DNA from: a virus
Reading direction: 5' to 3' (one strand)
Virus record (IMG/VR): IMGVR_UViG_3300045988_055482
Location: 1 to 58,139 of that record
Length of the DNA stretch: 58,139 nucleotides
How positions within the stretch are numbered: the stretch's first letter is position 1; each line of letters begins with the position of its first letter. The notes under the pieces were generated by a model. The model searched no databases and was not told the DNA's origin. It saw only the letters and a program-made list of their open reading frames with translations. Both the position numbers and the translations under genes were made by a program. Below are positions 36,811 through 45,361 of this stretch, piece after piece.

Positions 36811-36982
36811 TGAGTATTTTGATGGAAAACTTGTAGAAGAGCATTTGTTTCTAACTTGTGAAGGAGCTTATGCCTTCTATGAGCGTATGTTTAATAGAAC
36901 AAAATCTACATACTATGTTAGGTATGAATTTAGAGGTTTAATACATGACAGTAAACAAGAACAGCTCAGTTGGTATTACTGA
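36782..36982 (+). CDS. Hypothetical small protein
   Basis: 66-aa ORF. Start uncertain (36782 or 36797). Confidence 0.45.
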   Translation: MGIENMYAVDEYFDGKLVEEHLFLTCEGAYAFYERMFNRTKSTYYVRYEFRGLIHDSKQEQLSWYY

Positions 36983-37445
36983 GGACATTATCACAAATAT
37001 TATGCACCTTGGGGCTAGTGAGTATCATCTTGAAATCCTTATCCGTAAGTATGAAGACCAGATTAAGTTCTGGTATAATATAGACAATCCTGAGATTCAA
37101 ACAGAAGAAGATAAGATTGCTATCTTTGACACAAAGGATAAGGTGAATCAGATTACTATGACCCTACAACAGGTCACAGAAGAGCGTAGAAGAGCCATGA
37201 CACTGCTTAAATCACAAGCTAATGATAATGGTAACCCTGACCTTTGGTGCTTGTTAAAACACGTTCTCGTGGCTGTGATAACGTCATTTGAAGCATGGCA
37301 AGTAGACTTTGCTAATGATATGGTAAAATTTGTATTCTTGGAGCAATCTCGTGTGGCTAATCAAGTATTGGCTATGTTCTTAGGGTATGAAGTAACACCT
37401 TGTAGTGCTTGCTTAACTGACCAACTCAAGGAAGATGGAAAATAA
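36945..37445 (+). CDS. Hypothetical protein
   Basis: 166-aa ORF followed by a terminator. Confidence 0.6.
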   Translation: MTVNKNSSVGITEDIITNIMHLGASEYHLEILIRKYEDQIKFWYNIDNPEIQTEEDKIAIFDTKDKVNQITMTLQQVTEERRRAMTLLKSQANDNGNPDLWCLLKHVLVAVITSFEAWQVDFANDMVKFVFLEQSRVANQVLAMFLGYEVTPCSACLTDQLKEDGK

Positions 37446-37447
37446 TT

Positions 37448-37476
37448 TGAGAAATTTTAAAAATTTCTCATTTTAT
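37448..37476 (+). terminator. AT-rich terminator hairpin
   Basis: tgagaaattt-taa-aaatttctca followed by TTTTAT. Confidence 0.55.
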
Positions 37477-37479
37477 CTA

Positions 37480-37508
37480 TTGACAAATATCAGAATATAG
37501 TATAGAAT
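37480..37508 (+). promoter_or_regulatory. Promoter (TTGACA-17-TAGAAT)
   Basis: attgacaaatatcagaatatagtatagaat. Confidence 0.5.
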
Positions 37509-37559
37509 AGTATATGTAGTAAAGTATTGGATAATAAAATAGAATTTGTGGAATGATTT

Positions 37560-38138
37560 ATGAGTAAATATATAGGTTCAAATTTGAGAGTGCTTGGTAG
37601 CACAAGTATAGTAGGTGCAGATAGAGAACAACATGATTTTTATGCGACTGAACCAAAAGCGGTGGAATTACTATTAGAGGAGGAACAGTTCCAACAGAAT
37701 ATTTTAGAGCCTTGTTGTGGTCTTAACCATATAACTAATGTTCTTAGAGAAAATGGTTACCAAGTAACTACTTCTGACTTCATAGATAGGGGTGTAGGAG
37801 CAGAAGTTAAAGACTTCTTTGACTATACATGTTGGAATGGGGATATTGTGACCAATCCTCCATATTCACAGGCGTTGAACTTTGTAGAGCATAGTTTAAA
37901 TATTATTGAAGATGGTTGTAAAGTTGCTATGTTTTTAAAAATTCAATTTTTAGAGGGTAAGAAGCGTAAGGAATTTTTCAAAAATTACCCACCTAAATAT
38001 ATTTATGTAGCTAGTGGAAGGTTGCGTTGTGCCAAAAATGGGGAGTTTGAATCTTATAAAAGTTCTCCTGTATGTTATGCTTGGTTTATTTGGGAAAAAG
38101 GTTTCCAAGGAGAACCTTCTGTTAGGTGGATAAATTAA
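37560..38138 (+). CDS. Orphan DNA methyltransferase (NPPY type, N6-A or N4-C)
   Basis: SAM-binding ILEPCCGLNH and catalytic DIVTNPPYS. 192 aa. No adjacent restriction gene. Confidence 0.7.
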   Translation: MSKYIGSNLRVLGSTSIVGADREQHDFYATEPKAVELLLEEEQFQQNILEPCCGLNHITNVLRENGYQVTTSDFIDRGVGAEVKDFFDYTCWNGDIVTNPPYSQALNFVEHSLNIIEDGCKVAMFLKIQFLEGKKRKEFFKNYPPKYIYVASGRLRCAKNGEFESYKSSPVCYAWFIWEKGFQGEPSVRWIN

Positions 38139-38153
38139 GTAAGAGGTAAAGAT

Positions 38154-38846
38154 ATGAAAGAACAAATTTTAAAAAGTCTTAATACTATGAGTAAAGCTCA
38201 GTTAAGTAAAGAGATTGGTATTTCAACTTATGCAATTAACAAACTTATTTCTGATGATTTGGAAACTATCAATCCTGATTGGAAAGAAAAACTAGATTCT
38301 TACTATGGTTCTAAAGAGGAGACTGAAATAGAAAAACCTCACAAAGGAGATAGAGTAACCTTATCTATTGAATTGCCTAATCTTTCACAAGAAGAAATTA
38401 AATTCTTTAATACACTCCATATTGGTAGCGTGAATGAAAAAATTAGTACACTTGGGTATATTAATTATGTCTTTTTATCAAGCTCAAGATACAGACAAAA
38501 CTGGTTTATTAGACTTGCAAAGGATAAGAAAGCTGATGAGGTAAATGACCTTATTAAACGATTAGGTCTAGCTGTTCTTTGTGGTAAGTACAAAGAGACA
38601 GAACAAGAAAAGACTTATGTAATTAAGCTACCTTCTGAGCATTACCTGTGTAAGTACGATAATGGCGACATTGGATGGTCTGTAGAACCTAACATATACA
38701 CAGTAGTGTCTCAAGATAAAAGTGAACTAGAGAGTTCTTATCCTGAGTATAAAGAGTTTATTGTGGAACAAGCTGTACTAATCAAACCTTATAATAGAAA
38801 GACTAGAGGATTTAATATCAGTGAGCGTATTAGGAAGAAGAATTAA
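38154..38846 (+). CDS. HTH-containing protein with a DUF1642-like C-terminus
   Basis: N-terminal MSKAQLSKEIGISTYAINKLI. The C-terminal YVIKLPSEHYLCKYDNGDIGW resembles the C-termini of the two ORFs that follow. Confidence 0.55.
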   Translation: MKEQILKSLNTMSKAQLSKEIGISTYAINKLISDDLETINPDWKEKLDSYYGSKEETEIEKPHKGDRVTLSIELPNLSQEEIKFFNTLHIGSVNEKISTLGYINYVFLSSSRYRQNWFIRLAKDKKADEVNDLIKRLGLAVLCGKYKETEQEKTYVIKLPSEHYLCKYDNGDIGWSVEPNIYTVVSQDKSELESSYPEYKEFIVEQAVLIKPYNRKTRGFNISERIRKKN

Positions 38847-39240
38847 GGAATTAAGACTACAGAACAGCATGACACAGATGCAACTAGCCAAGAAGCTAGG
38901 GTATAAAGGTAACTCTCTTGTGGCAGGTTGGGAATTAGGTAAGAATTATCCCTCTGCAAGTAGTATTAAGAAGTTGTCAGAGATTTTTGACACAGACCTT
39001 ATGAAGTATGTAGGGAAAGAAACTCCTGAAATACTTTTTGAAGTAGCTAAGACTATTAAAAAAGGTAGGGAGATGGGTAAGTCCTTTGTGGATGTTGTTA
39101 AGAAGTTAGAAAAGAAAGGGCTAATAAATGAGGAAAATCAGGAAAGTATTTTTAAAGCCATCCTTGATTATAAGTGGGTTGTGTCTACTAGCAGTAGGAT
39201 TCCTTCTTCACACGAATATGAGGATGCAAGCAAAGATTAA
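38821..39240 (+). CDS. XRE-family HTH transcriptional regulator
   Basis: RIKELRLQNSMTQMQLAKKLGYKGNSLVAGWELGKNYPS is a typical HTH_3 segment. Confidence 0.7.
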   Translation: MSVLGRRIKELRLQNSMTQMQLAKKLGYKGNSLVAGWELGKNYPSASSIKKLSEIFDTDLMKYVGKETPEILFEVAKTIKKGREMGKSFVDVVKKLEKKGLINEENQESIFKAILDYKWVVSTSSRIPSSHEYEDASKD

Positions 39241-39369
39241 TGAATTAGATGAGTCTGTAAAGACTCTCAAAAAAGATTTGAACCTAGAACAAACTCAGCG
39301 TAAGGGTGAGGATTATTCACTAGGAATGAGGTTTGATACACTTATTTACTATAGCAAAGGATGTCAGTG

Positions 39370-39993
39370 ATGGTATATGATAGTGGTAAATACAAAATAA
39401 CACTTAAGAAGGTAATTAGACGAATAGAAGGCTTAGATGAGTCTTCTAAGACTGAATGGGTAGTAAAAATTTTAGACAATCTTGGATGTGATGTTATGTC
39501 AAAAACATACTGTGATGGGTACAGACAAGGAAGATTTGATGAAGCTATGGAATGTAGCACACCTAAAGTAGAAATCCCTGCTTATGTATCCCATTGGATT
39601 GAATATTGTAAAGCTACGAATATAAACCTAGTGAATGCTCTTAAAGTGTTGAATGTTCACCTATACAACTATGCTAGAATGGCTGATTCTGATAAGCTAA
39701 GAAGTTATCTATCATCAGATAAAAACCAAGAGAGCTTTATTGTTGCTTGGATTAACGGATATTCTGTTAAGAAGGAAAAATACTACTATGTAGCTGTACC
39801 TGTTGAGCATGGTAGATTTAGACGGTTGTATGTGCTTGCTAATGGTAGTGTAGCATTAGGAGACCATAACTATGAGTCACTTGAACTACTAAAGAAGCAC
39901 TCAAGACAAGCTACATTTCAACTCACAGAGAAGTTGATTAAAGACTCCCCTTTATCATGGGCTTGGCAGTTTGCTAAGGAATTGGAGGATTAA
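39370..39993 (+). CDS. DUF1642-like protein (paralog 1)
   Basis: PAYVSHWIEYCKATNINLVNAL parallels PYYIARYIDYCKEYKLTILGAF in the next ORF. Start is 39361 or 39370. Confidence 0.6.
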   Translation: MVYDSGKYKITLKKVIRRIEGLDESSKTEWVVKILDNLGCDVMSKTYCDGYRQGRFDEAMECSTPKVEIPAYVSHWIEYCKATNINLVNALKVLNVHLYNYARMADSDKLRSYLSSDKNQESFIVAWINGYSVKKEKYYYVAVPVEHGRFRRLYVLANGSVALGDHNYESLELLKKHSRQATFQLTEKLIKDSPLSWAWQFAKELED

Positions 39994-39994
39994 T

Positions 39995-40429
39995 ATGCAA
40001 ATGAAGGAGAAGATACCTTATTATATTGCTAGGTATATTGATTATTGTAAGGAGTATAAATTAACTATTCTAGGTGCATTTGACCCTATTGGTGACTTTG
40101 GTGAGGATTTACTTACTACATACAAGGGAGATGTTCAAAAGTGTTTGAGATGGGTAAAGAATAACTCAAATAGATTTGCTAGTGCTTGGGTTAATGGTTA
40201 TTATGAGATTGCACCCTTTAAATACATTGTAAAAGTTAATAATGTTGGCAATTCAACTAAGGTACTTAAATACAAATCAGATACAAAGGAATGGTTTTTC
40301 GGTGCCGATTGTCTAACTGAAAATTCTTTTATACGAATGGAGCATGCAAGACAAGAACTTGCTGATGCAGGTTTTGATTGGGTATTCTTCTGTGATGGAG
40401 TATCTATTGAGGAGGTTTATGATGAATAG
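39995..40429 (+). CDS. DUF1642-like protein (paralog 2)
   Basis: ATG 39995 lies 5 nt after GGAGGA and just past the upstream stop. Confidence 0.6.
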   Translation: MQMKEKIPYYIARYIDYCKEYKLTILGAFDPIGDFGEDLLTTYKGDVQKCLRWVKNNSNRFASAWVNGYYEIAPFKYIVKVNNVGNSTKVLKYKSDTKEWFFGADCLTENSFIRMEHARQELADAGFDWVFFCDGVSIEEVYDE

Positions 40430-40877
40430 TATTGTAGAAGCATTAGCCAAAGCTCTAAATGTATCTGTTGATGGTATCTCTGAGCTTCTAGGAAATATTA
40501 AGGATAGTACACCTCAACTATATGAGCAACTTGTAAGAGAGTGGACTTATTGGACTGTTATGGGTAAACTATCTGGAGCTATGTTGATTATTACTGGTAT
40601 ACTAATGGCTTATACTCTTATTTTTAGATATAATCTTGAAGTAGACACTGATTGCATTAATCACAAGGATGTACCAAATGGATTTACCGTATACCAGTAT
40701 GCAAAGTACCTTACACAAAAGCGTGTTAAGGAAGCTAGTAAAACATTTGGATGGTTATTCACAGGTATAATTCTATCAGTTATCATATCTATGTTGTTAG
40801 GAATATCTAAGTACCTATTAGCACCAAACTATTCATTCCTTTTGAATGAAGTATTACCAAAACTAGTAAATAAATAG
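40419..40877 (+). CDS. Membrane protein
   Basis: ATG 40419 follows GAGGAGG. Two hydrophobic helices: GAMLIITGILMAYTLIF and WLFTGIILSVIISMLLGI. Confidence 0.6.
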   Translation: MMNSIVEALAKALNVSVDGISELLGNIKDSTPQLYEQLVREWTYWTVMGKLSGAMLIITGILMAYTLIFRYNLEVDTDCINHKDVPNGFTVYQYAKYLTQKRVKEASKTFGWLFTGIILSVIISMLLGISKYLLAPNYSFLLNEVLPKLVNK

Positions 40878-40885
40878 GGGGAATA

Positions 40886-41692
40886 ATGAGATTTAGTGTA
40901 TCAAGAGTAAATACTTACCTAGAAAACCCTTGGGAACACTGGTGTAAGTATATAGCTGAATACAAGGAACTACCTGACCCTAAGCGAACCAAGTACATGG
41001 ATAGAGGTACAGTATTCCACACAGCTATGGAACTATTGGCTGACCACAAAGGGGACTTATCACTTGATAAAGTAAAGAATATGGCTCTTGATGTACACAA
41101 GCACTCACCATTCTGTGATGAGGCTCGTGAGACAGGTATTATCGCTATAGAACGCTATCTAAGTGAGGGAGATACTGTAGACTTCTCTAAAATCATTGAG
41201 ACTGAGAAGAAAATTGAACTTACACTCCCTAATGGTCATGAGTTCATTGGATATATTGATGCTGTGATTGACAATGGAGATGGTACTGTATCTCTTATTG
41301 ACTATAAGACATATAGTGAAGCTCCACAAGAGGATAAGATGAAATATAGCCTCCAAGCTAATATGTACATGGAAGTCATGACAAAGTTAGGGTACAATAT
41401 AAAAGACTTTTCTTTTGAGTGTGTAAACCCTAAGAAAGTTCTAAAAGGTAGAGCCTATAAAGTAAAGAGAATTAAGTTCTCTTATAACAAGTACCGTGGT
41501 GAGGATATGTTTGAGCAATTCTGTGAGATTACTACAATGATTGGTAAGAACCCTAATTTGCGTATGTATATCCCACCTACTAAAAGACAACCTAATGTGT
41601 ACGATTATTTCTATAAGGTGTATATTGGAGATGTAACAGAGGATTTAGATGATTTTGTTGAAAAAAATTTTAAAAATCTCTTGACAAGGTAA
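40886..41692 (+). CDS. PD-(D/E)XK (RecB/Cas4-like) exonuclease
   Basis: GTVFHTAME, GYIDAV and LIDYKT motifs in the expected order. Confidence 0.65.
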   Translation: MRFSVSRVNTYLENPWEHWCKYIAEYKELPDPKRTKYMDRGTVFHTAMELLADHKGDLSLDKVKNMALDVHKHSPFCDEARETGIIAIERYLSEGDTVDFSKIIETEKKIELTLPNGHEFIGYIDAVIDNGDGTVSLIDYKTYSEAPQEDKMKYSLQANMYMEVMTKLGYNIKDFSFECVNPKKVLKGRAYKVKRIKFSYNKYRGEDMFEQFCEITTMIGKNPNLRMYIPPTKRQPNVYDYFYKVYIGDVTEDLDDFVEKNFKNLLTR

Positions 41693-41709
41693 CACGTTTT
41701 TGATAAACT
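41681..41709 (+). promoter_or_regulatory. Promoter-like element (TTGACA-17-TAAACT)
   Basis: cttgacaaggtaacacgtttttgataaact. Contains the TAACACGTTTTT motif also seen at 23279. Confidence 0.35.
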
Positions 41710-41775
41710 ATAATTGTGGTGGTAGAGATAATCACTTTAAACCCTCTACAAAATAAATTTAAGGAGGTTAGCAAA

Positions 41776-42081
41776 ATGGCTAACAACACAGAACTACTTA
41801 TTGCACTCGCTCAAGCATTGGGAGTTGAACTTCCTAATGCTCAAACAGAAACTACAGCTCCTGCTGAACCACTATACATTATTTATGTAGGTAAGAAACC
41901 ACGTCGAGTTAAAGCCCCTTACATTGCTATTAATGCTAATGGAGAGCTTTCTGGATTCACAGAAGAATCTGATGTGCTTGGTTGTGGTACTGACAAGATT
42001 GGTAAATTCACTCTTGCTGAAATTAAAGAACGTTTCCCTCAGTTTAACCATGAAGCATTCTTGGTTAAAGTAGAAGACTAA
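41776..42081 (+). CDS. Hypothetical protein
   Basis: ATG 41776 lies 8 nt after AAGGAGG. I prefer it over the track start at 41716. Confidence 0.6.
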   Translation: MANNTELLIALAQALGVELPNAQTETTAPAEPLYIIYVGKKPRRVKAPYIAINANGELSGFTEESDVLGCGTDKIGKFTLAEIKERFPQFNHEAFLVKVED

Positions 42082-42127
42082 GTGTTTATGGGCTACATGG
42101 ATAGTCTGTGTAGCACTTTTATAATGT

Positions 42128-42610
42128 ATGGTTAAATTTATCTGGGCACAAGATAAAAGAGGTACTATTGGTAACAATGGGAAACTCCCTTGGTCAAACA
42201 AGACTGAACTAAACTATTTCAAAAACCAGACTACTGGTGGAGTAGTAGTGATGGGTTTATCCACATGGAAGTCAATAGGTAACAAACCTTTTAAGAATAG
42301 ATTGAACATTATCCTTACAACTAAGGACGAAATTGAAGGATATGATGATGAGAATGTATACATTGCAAACTCTGTAGAGGAAGTCTTACAGTTTGAGAAA
42401 GAAACTGATAGAGATGTTTGGATTATTGGAGGAGCAATAACATTTAAAGCATTTGAGCCGTTCTGTGAGGAAGCTATAGTTAGTACCATTGATGGTGATT
42501 ACACTGGAGATACTTACTATACTGATTTGAAAGATAGACTCACAGAAAATAAGGTAGTAGTAACAATGGAAGGTGAAGGCTTCACTGTGAAGCATTATAG
42601 GTTGGTATAA
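42128..42610 (+). CDS. folA: Dihydrofolate reductase
   Basis: IWAQDKRGTIGNNGKLPW, VVMGLSTWKSIG, NRLNIILT and WIIGGA motifs. Confidence 0.8.
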   Translation: MVKFIWAQDKRGTIGNNGKLPWSNKTELNYFKNQTTGGVVVMGLSTWKSIGNKPFKNRLNIILTTKDEIEGYDDENVYIANSVEEVLQFEKETDRDVWIIGGAITFKAFEPFCEEAIVSTIDGDYTGDTYYTDLKDRLTENKVVVTMEGEGFTVKHYRLV

Positions 42611-42915
42611 TGGGTGATTTTGTAATTATTGGATTTGTTGTACTTCTTACATTAATAGCTTTTCTAGTAGGTACTGTTCTTAATTTAAAAGAAAAGGTAA
42701 AGGACTGTGACAATTATCAATACACCATAAGTTTTCTTAAGGACAAGTTAGCTCAACGTGATATTGATGGTGAGAGAAACTTCAAGGAACTTGTAGGGGG
42801 AATTGATGGAGTAACTTCTGTGTCTCTCGCATCTAAGCGTTATGTAGAGCTTCTAAAAGCTGAGAATGACCTTGCAGAACTTAAAGAGAAAGTTAGGGAT
42901 TTAGACAATGAGTGA
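42610..42915 (+). CDS. Small membrane-anchored coiled-coil protein
   Basis: N-terminal FVIIGFVVLLTLIAFLVGTVL. ATG overlaps the DHFR stop. Confidence 0.55.
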   Translation: MGDFVIIGFVVLLTLIAFLVGTVLNLKEKVKDCDNYQYTISFLKDKLAQRDIDGERNFKELVGGIDGVTSVSLASKRYVELLKAENDLAELKEKVRDLDNE

Positions 42916-42996
42916 TAACCTATTTACTTTATTAGATAATGCCTTATTTGTTATCTTTGTCCTTGGTATATTGTATATTATCAATAAGGAGGATAA

Positions 42997-43368
42997 ATGA
43001 AAGAAGACATTGTACAACCTAAGCGCTACACACAAAACAACCTTGAATGTTGGGATTTCTGGACTAAAGCAGGTCTGAACCCTCTTGTAGCCTCTGCTGT
43101 TAAGTATGTGTGGAGATATAAATACAAGAACGGCTTAGATGACCTTAATAAGGCTAAAGTGTTCTTAGAGAAAGCAAAGAAGGAAAAGGATTGTGTATAC
43201 TACACTGGAAAAGATTACTCCTTGAATAAGTGTGATTTATCTGATATGAGTAGTCTACAAATTGACTTCATTGATTTTGCTACACACACAACAAGACCAG
43301 AATCCTACCTAATGACTATTGATGCTATGCTACTAATACTTTATAGAATGATGGATGAGATAGATTAA
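42997..43368 (+). CDS. DUF3310-like protein
   Basis: PKRYTQNNLECWDFW...AVKYVWRYKYKNG..DLNKAKVFLE pattern, recognised from memory of this phage family. Confidence 0.5.
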   Translation: MKEDIVQPKRYTQNNLECWDFWTKAGLNPLVASAVKYVWRYKYKNGLDDLNKAKVFLEKAKKEKDCVYYTGKDYSLNKCDLSDMSSLQIDFIDFATHTTRPESYLMTIDAMLLILYRMMDEID

Positions 43369-43378
43369 GGGGGATAAG

Positions 43379-43882
43379 TTGACTAAGACAGAACTATTTT
43401 TATTTTTAGCAGTTGACTTATGCTTTGTGATAATATTAGTTTTATCACTACATAAGAAAAAAGTTAAAATTAAGTATCATGATGATGAGGTTAGTCCTAT
43501 CAAGAATATTAGTGTAGGTGATTGGATTGACCTAGCATCTAACACAGAGGTTAAGTATAAAAAGGGAGATACAGTTGTTATTGACCTAGGAGTAGCTATG
43601 GAATTGCCTCATGGTTTTGAAGCTCATTTACTACCTCGTTCAAGTACATTCCAAAACACAGGATTGATTCTCACGAATAGTATGGGTATCATTGATAACT
43701 CATACTGTGGAGATAATGACTATTGGTGTGCTAAGTTCTATGCCACAAGAGATGGAGAGATTGAAAAAGGGCAACGCTTACTTCAATTCAGAATTGTGGA
43801 GAATCAGCCAACTGTACTCTTTAGTAAAGTAATGCACCTAGGTAATGCTGACCGTGGTGGTTATGGCTCTACAGGTAAATAA
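43379..43882 (+). CDS. dut: Trimeric dUTPase with an N-terminal hydrophobic extension
   Basis: GDWIDL, LLPRSS, GIIDNSYCGDND and C-terminal RGGYGSTGK motifs. TTG start after AAGGGGGA. Residues 5-24 (ELFLFLAVDLCFVIILVLSL) form the hydrophobic extension. Confidence 0.8.
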   Translation: MTKTELFLFLAVDLCFVIILVLSLHKKKVKIKYHDDEVSPIKNISVGDWIDLASNTEVKYKKGDTVVIDLGVAMELPHGFEAHLLPRSSTFQNTGLILTNSMGIIDNSYCGDNDYWCAKFYATRDGEIEKGQRLLQFRIVENQPTVLFSKVMHLGNADRGGYGSTGK

Positions 43883-43890
43883 GGAGTAAA

Positions 43891-44634
43891 ATGAAACTCA
43901 AAAAACTAAACAAGATTAAGCTACATACAATGACAACTTTATATGGTGCTCCCGGCTCAGGAAAATCTAGTTTCATTAATACATTACCGGGAAGTGTATT
44001 GATTATTGATACAGACCGTGGACTTGCCTCTGTGGAACAAGATGAACGTTTCTCTGTGGCAGAGTGTACCTCATATGCAGATGTTATCGAAGCTCTTACT
44101 TATGCTAAGGACTTTGATAGTATTGCTATTGACCACTTCACAAATGTACAAGAGATGTGTTATAAAGAAATTATGGGAACTAATAATGTCAAGAAAATGC
44201 TTATTAACCACTATGGTGAAGCATCTACACGATTAAAAGCCCTTGTGGATGAATTGGTAGACTTATCTTATCAAGGAAAGAATGTCTATGTAATTTGTCA
44301 AGAGAAGAATGTGAATATTGAGGATGCAGTAGATGAGAATGTTCCATCACAAACAATTCCTAATTTAATGGACAGTGTGTCTAAATATATCACAGCATCT
44401 TCTCGTATTATTGGTCATACAGAACGTGTAACTAAGTCTAAGATTGTGAAGGGTGAAAAGAAAGTTAAGGATTTCTATCAAGTACGATTTGCAGGTAATC
44501 CTATCTATACACTCAAGGTCACACGTAAACCGGGATTAGTTATTCCAGATACAATGGTAAATGCTACATGGGAAGCTGTTGTTGGATTAACTGATGGCTC
44601 ATCACAAGAAAAACTTAAAGGAGATAAGGAATAA
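43891..44634 (+). CDS. Sak4-like / AAA_24 RecA-fold ATPase
   Basis: Walker A LYGAPGSGKSSF and Walker B-like LIIDTD. Followed by the usual small acidic partner gene. Confidence 0.65.
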   Translation: MKLKKLNKIKLHTMTTLYGAPGSGKSSFINTLPGSVLIIDTDRGLASVEQDERFSVAECTSYADVIEALTYAKDFDSIAIDHFTNVQEMCYKEIMGTNNVKKMLINHYGEASTRLKALVDELVDLSYQGKNVYVICQEKNVNIEDAVDENVPSQTIPNLMDSVSKYITASSRIIGHTERVTKSKIVKGEKKVKDFYQVRFAGNPIYTLKVTRKPGLVIPDTMVNATWEAVVGLTDGSSQEKLKGDKE

Positions 44635-45050
44635 TGGGTCTTATTACTATGAATCCAACAAAGCGTGAGGACTTTACATATGAGGAAGGACGCTTTGAGG
44701 CAAGTATTCAAGCAGTAGAGCAAACAGTTTCTCGCTCAAATTTGGAAATGCTTAAGATATCTCTTAAGGGCAATTTTGGTAAGAATGCTCCTAAGACAAT
44801 CACAGCATTTATGTTGGATAATAAGATTGGACGTGAACAACTCTACAACCTACTATATGCACTAGACTTACATAAAGAGGTACAAGTAGATACTGATGAA
44901 CTTGAAGGTAAGTATGTTGGTATTGTAATCAAAGAAGGAAAACCTTACAATGACAAGCCATCTTGGAATGTTGTTGACTACTTCCCTCTTGATGCAGATA
45001 CAGATGATGATGTGGATGTAGATACAGACGATTGGTCTGATGCAGAATAA
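44634..45050 (+). CDS. DUF669-like putative ssDNA-binding protein
   Basis: 138 aa with an acidic tail DADTDDDVDVDTDDWSDAE. Coupled (ATAATG) to the ATPase gene. Confidence 0.5.
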   Translation: MGLITMNPTKREDFTYEEGRFEASIQAVEQTVSRSNLEMLKISLKGNFGKNAPKTITAFMLDNKIGREQLYNLLYALDLHKEVQVDTDELEGKYVGIVIKEGKPYNDKPSWNVVDYFPLDADTDDDVDVDTDDWSDAE

Positions 45051-45361
45051 GTAAACAGGGTAGTGACTGATTAAACTATACTAACATAAAGGAAAATAGT
45101 TTCTAATTAACACTCAGTCACTCCCCTCATAGAGGTGGCAAGAGGTTGCGTTTTCACTGATTTACCATTCCTTTCTCCACTTGCCACCTCTATGAGGGGA
45201 AACCCTCTCATGATTTACTTCTATTTATTTGCTATACTTTCTGGGAAGGTTTACCCTTCCTAGATGCACACAATAGGAAACTTTACTAGCCTTCTTGTGA
45301 TTTTCCTTATATGTTTCCTTTTACATTAGCCCCTATTGTGTGTGTCTAGGAGGGATAAAAT
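45051..45361 (+). other. Highly structured 311-nt intergenic region
   Basis: Perfect 20-bp inverted repeat 45123-45142 / 45180-45199. A 12/13 stem at 45058-45070 / 45114-45126. An 11-bp stem at 45267-45277 / 45332-45342. A competing helix gaggg-gaaa-ccctc at 45194-45207. Confidence 0.7.

Noticed and set aside
38821-39240. The XRE regulator as evidence of a lysogeny module
   Set aside because: There is no integrase, recombinase, excisionase or divergent repressor/Cro pair anywhere in the closed genome. The tRNA 3'-half is not next to any integrase, so I do not read it as attP.
39128-39370. 80-aa ORF overlapping the 3' end of the XRE gene
   Set aside because: It overlaps the XRE gene by 113 nt in another frame and has no RBS. 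A shorter product from ATG 39218 is possible but unsupported, so I did not list it as a feature.
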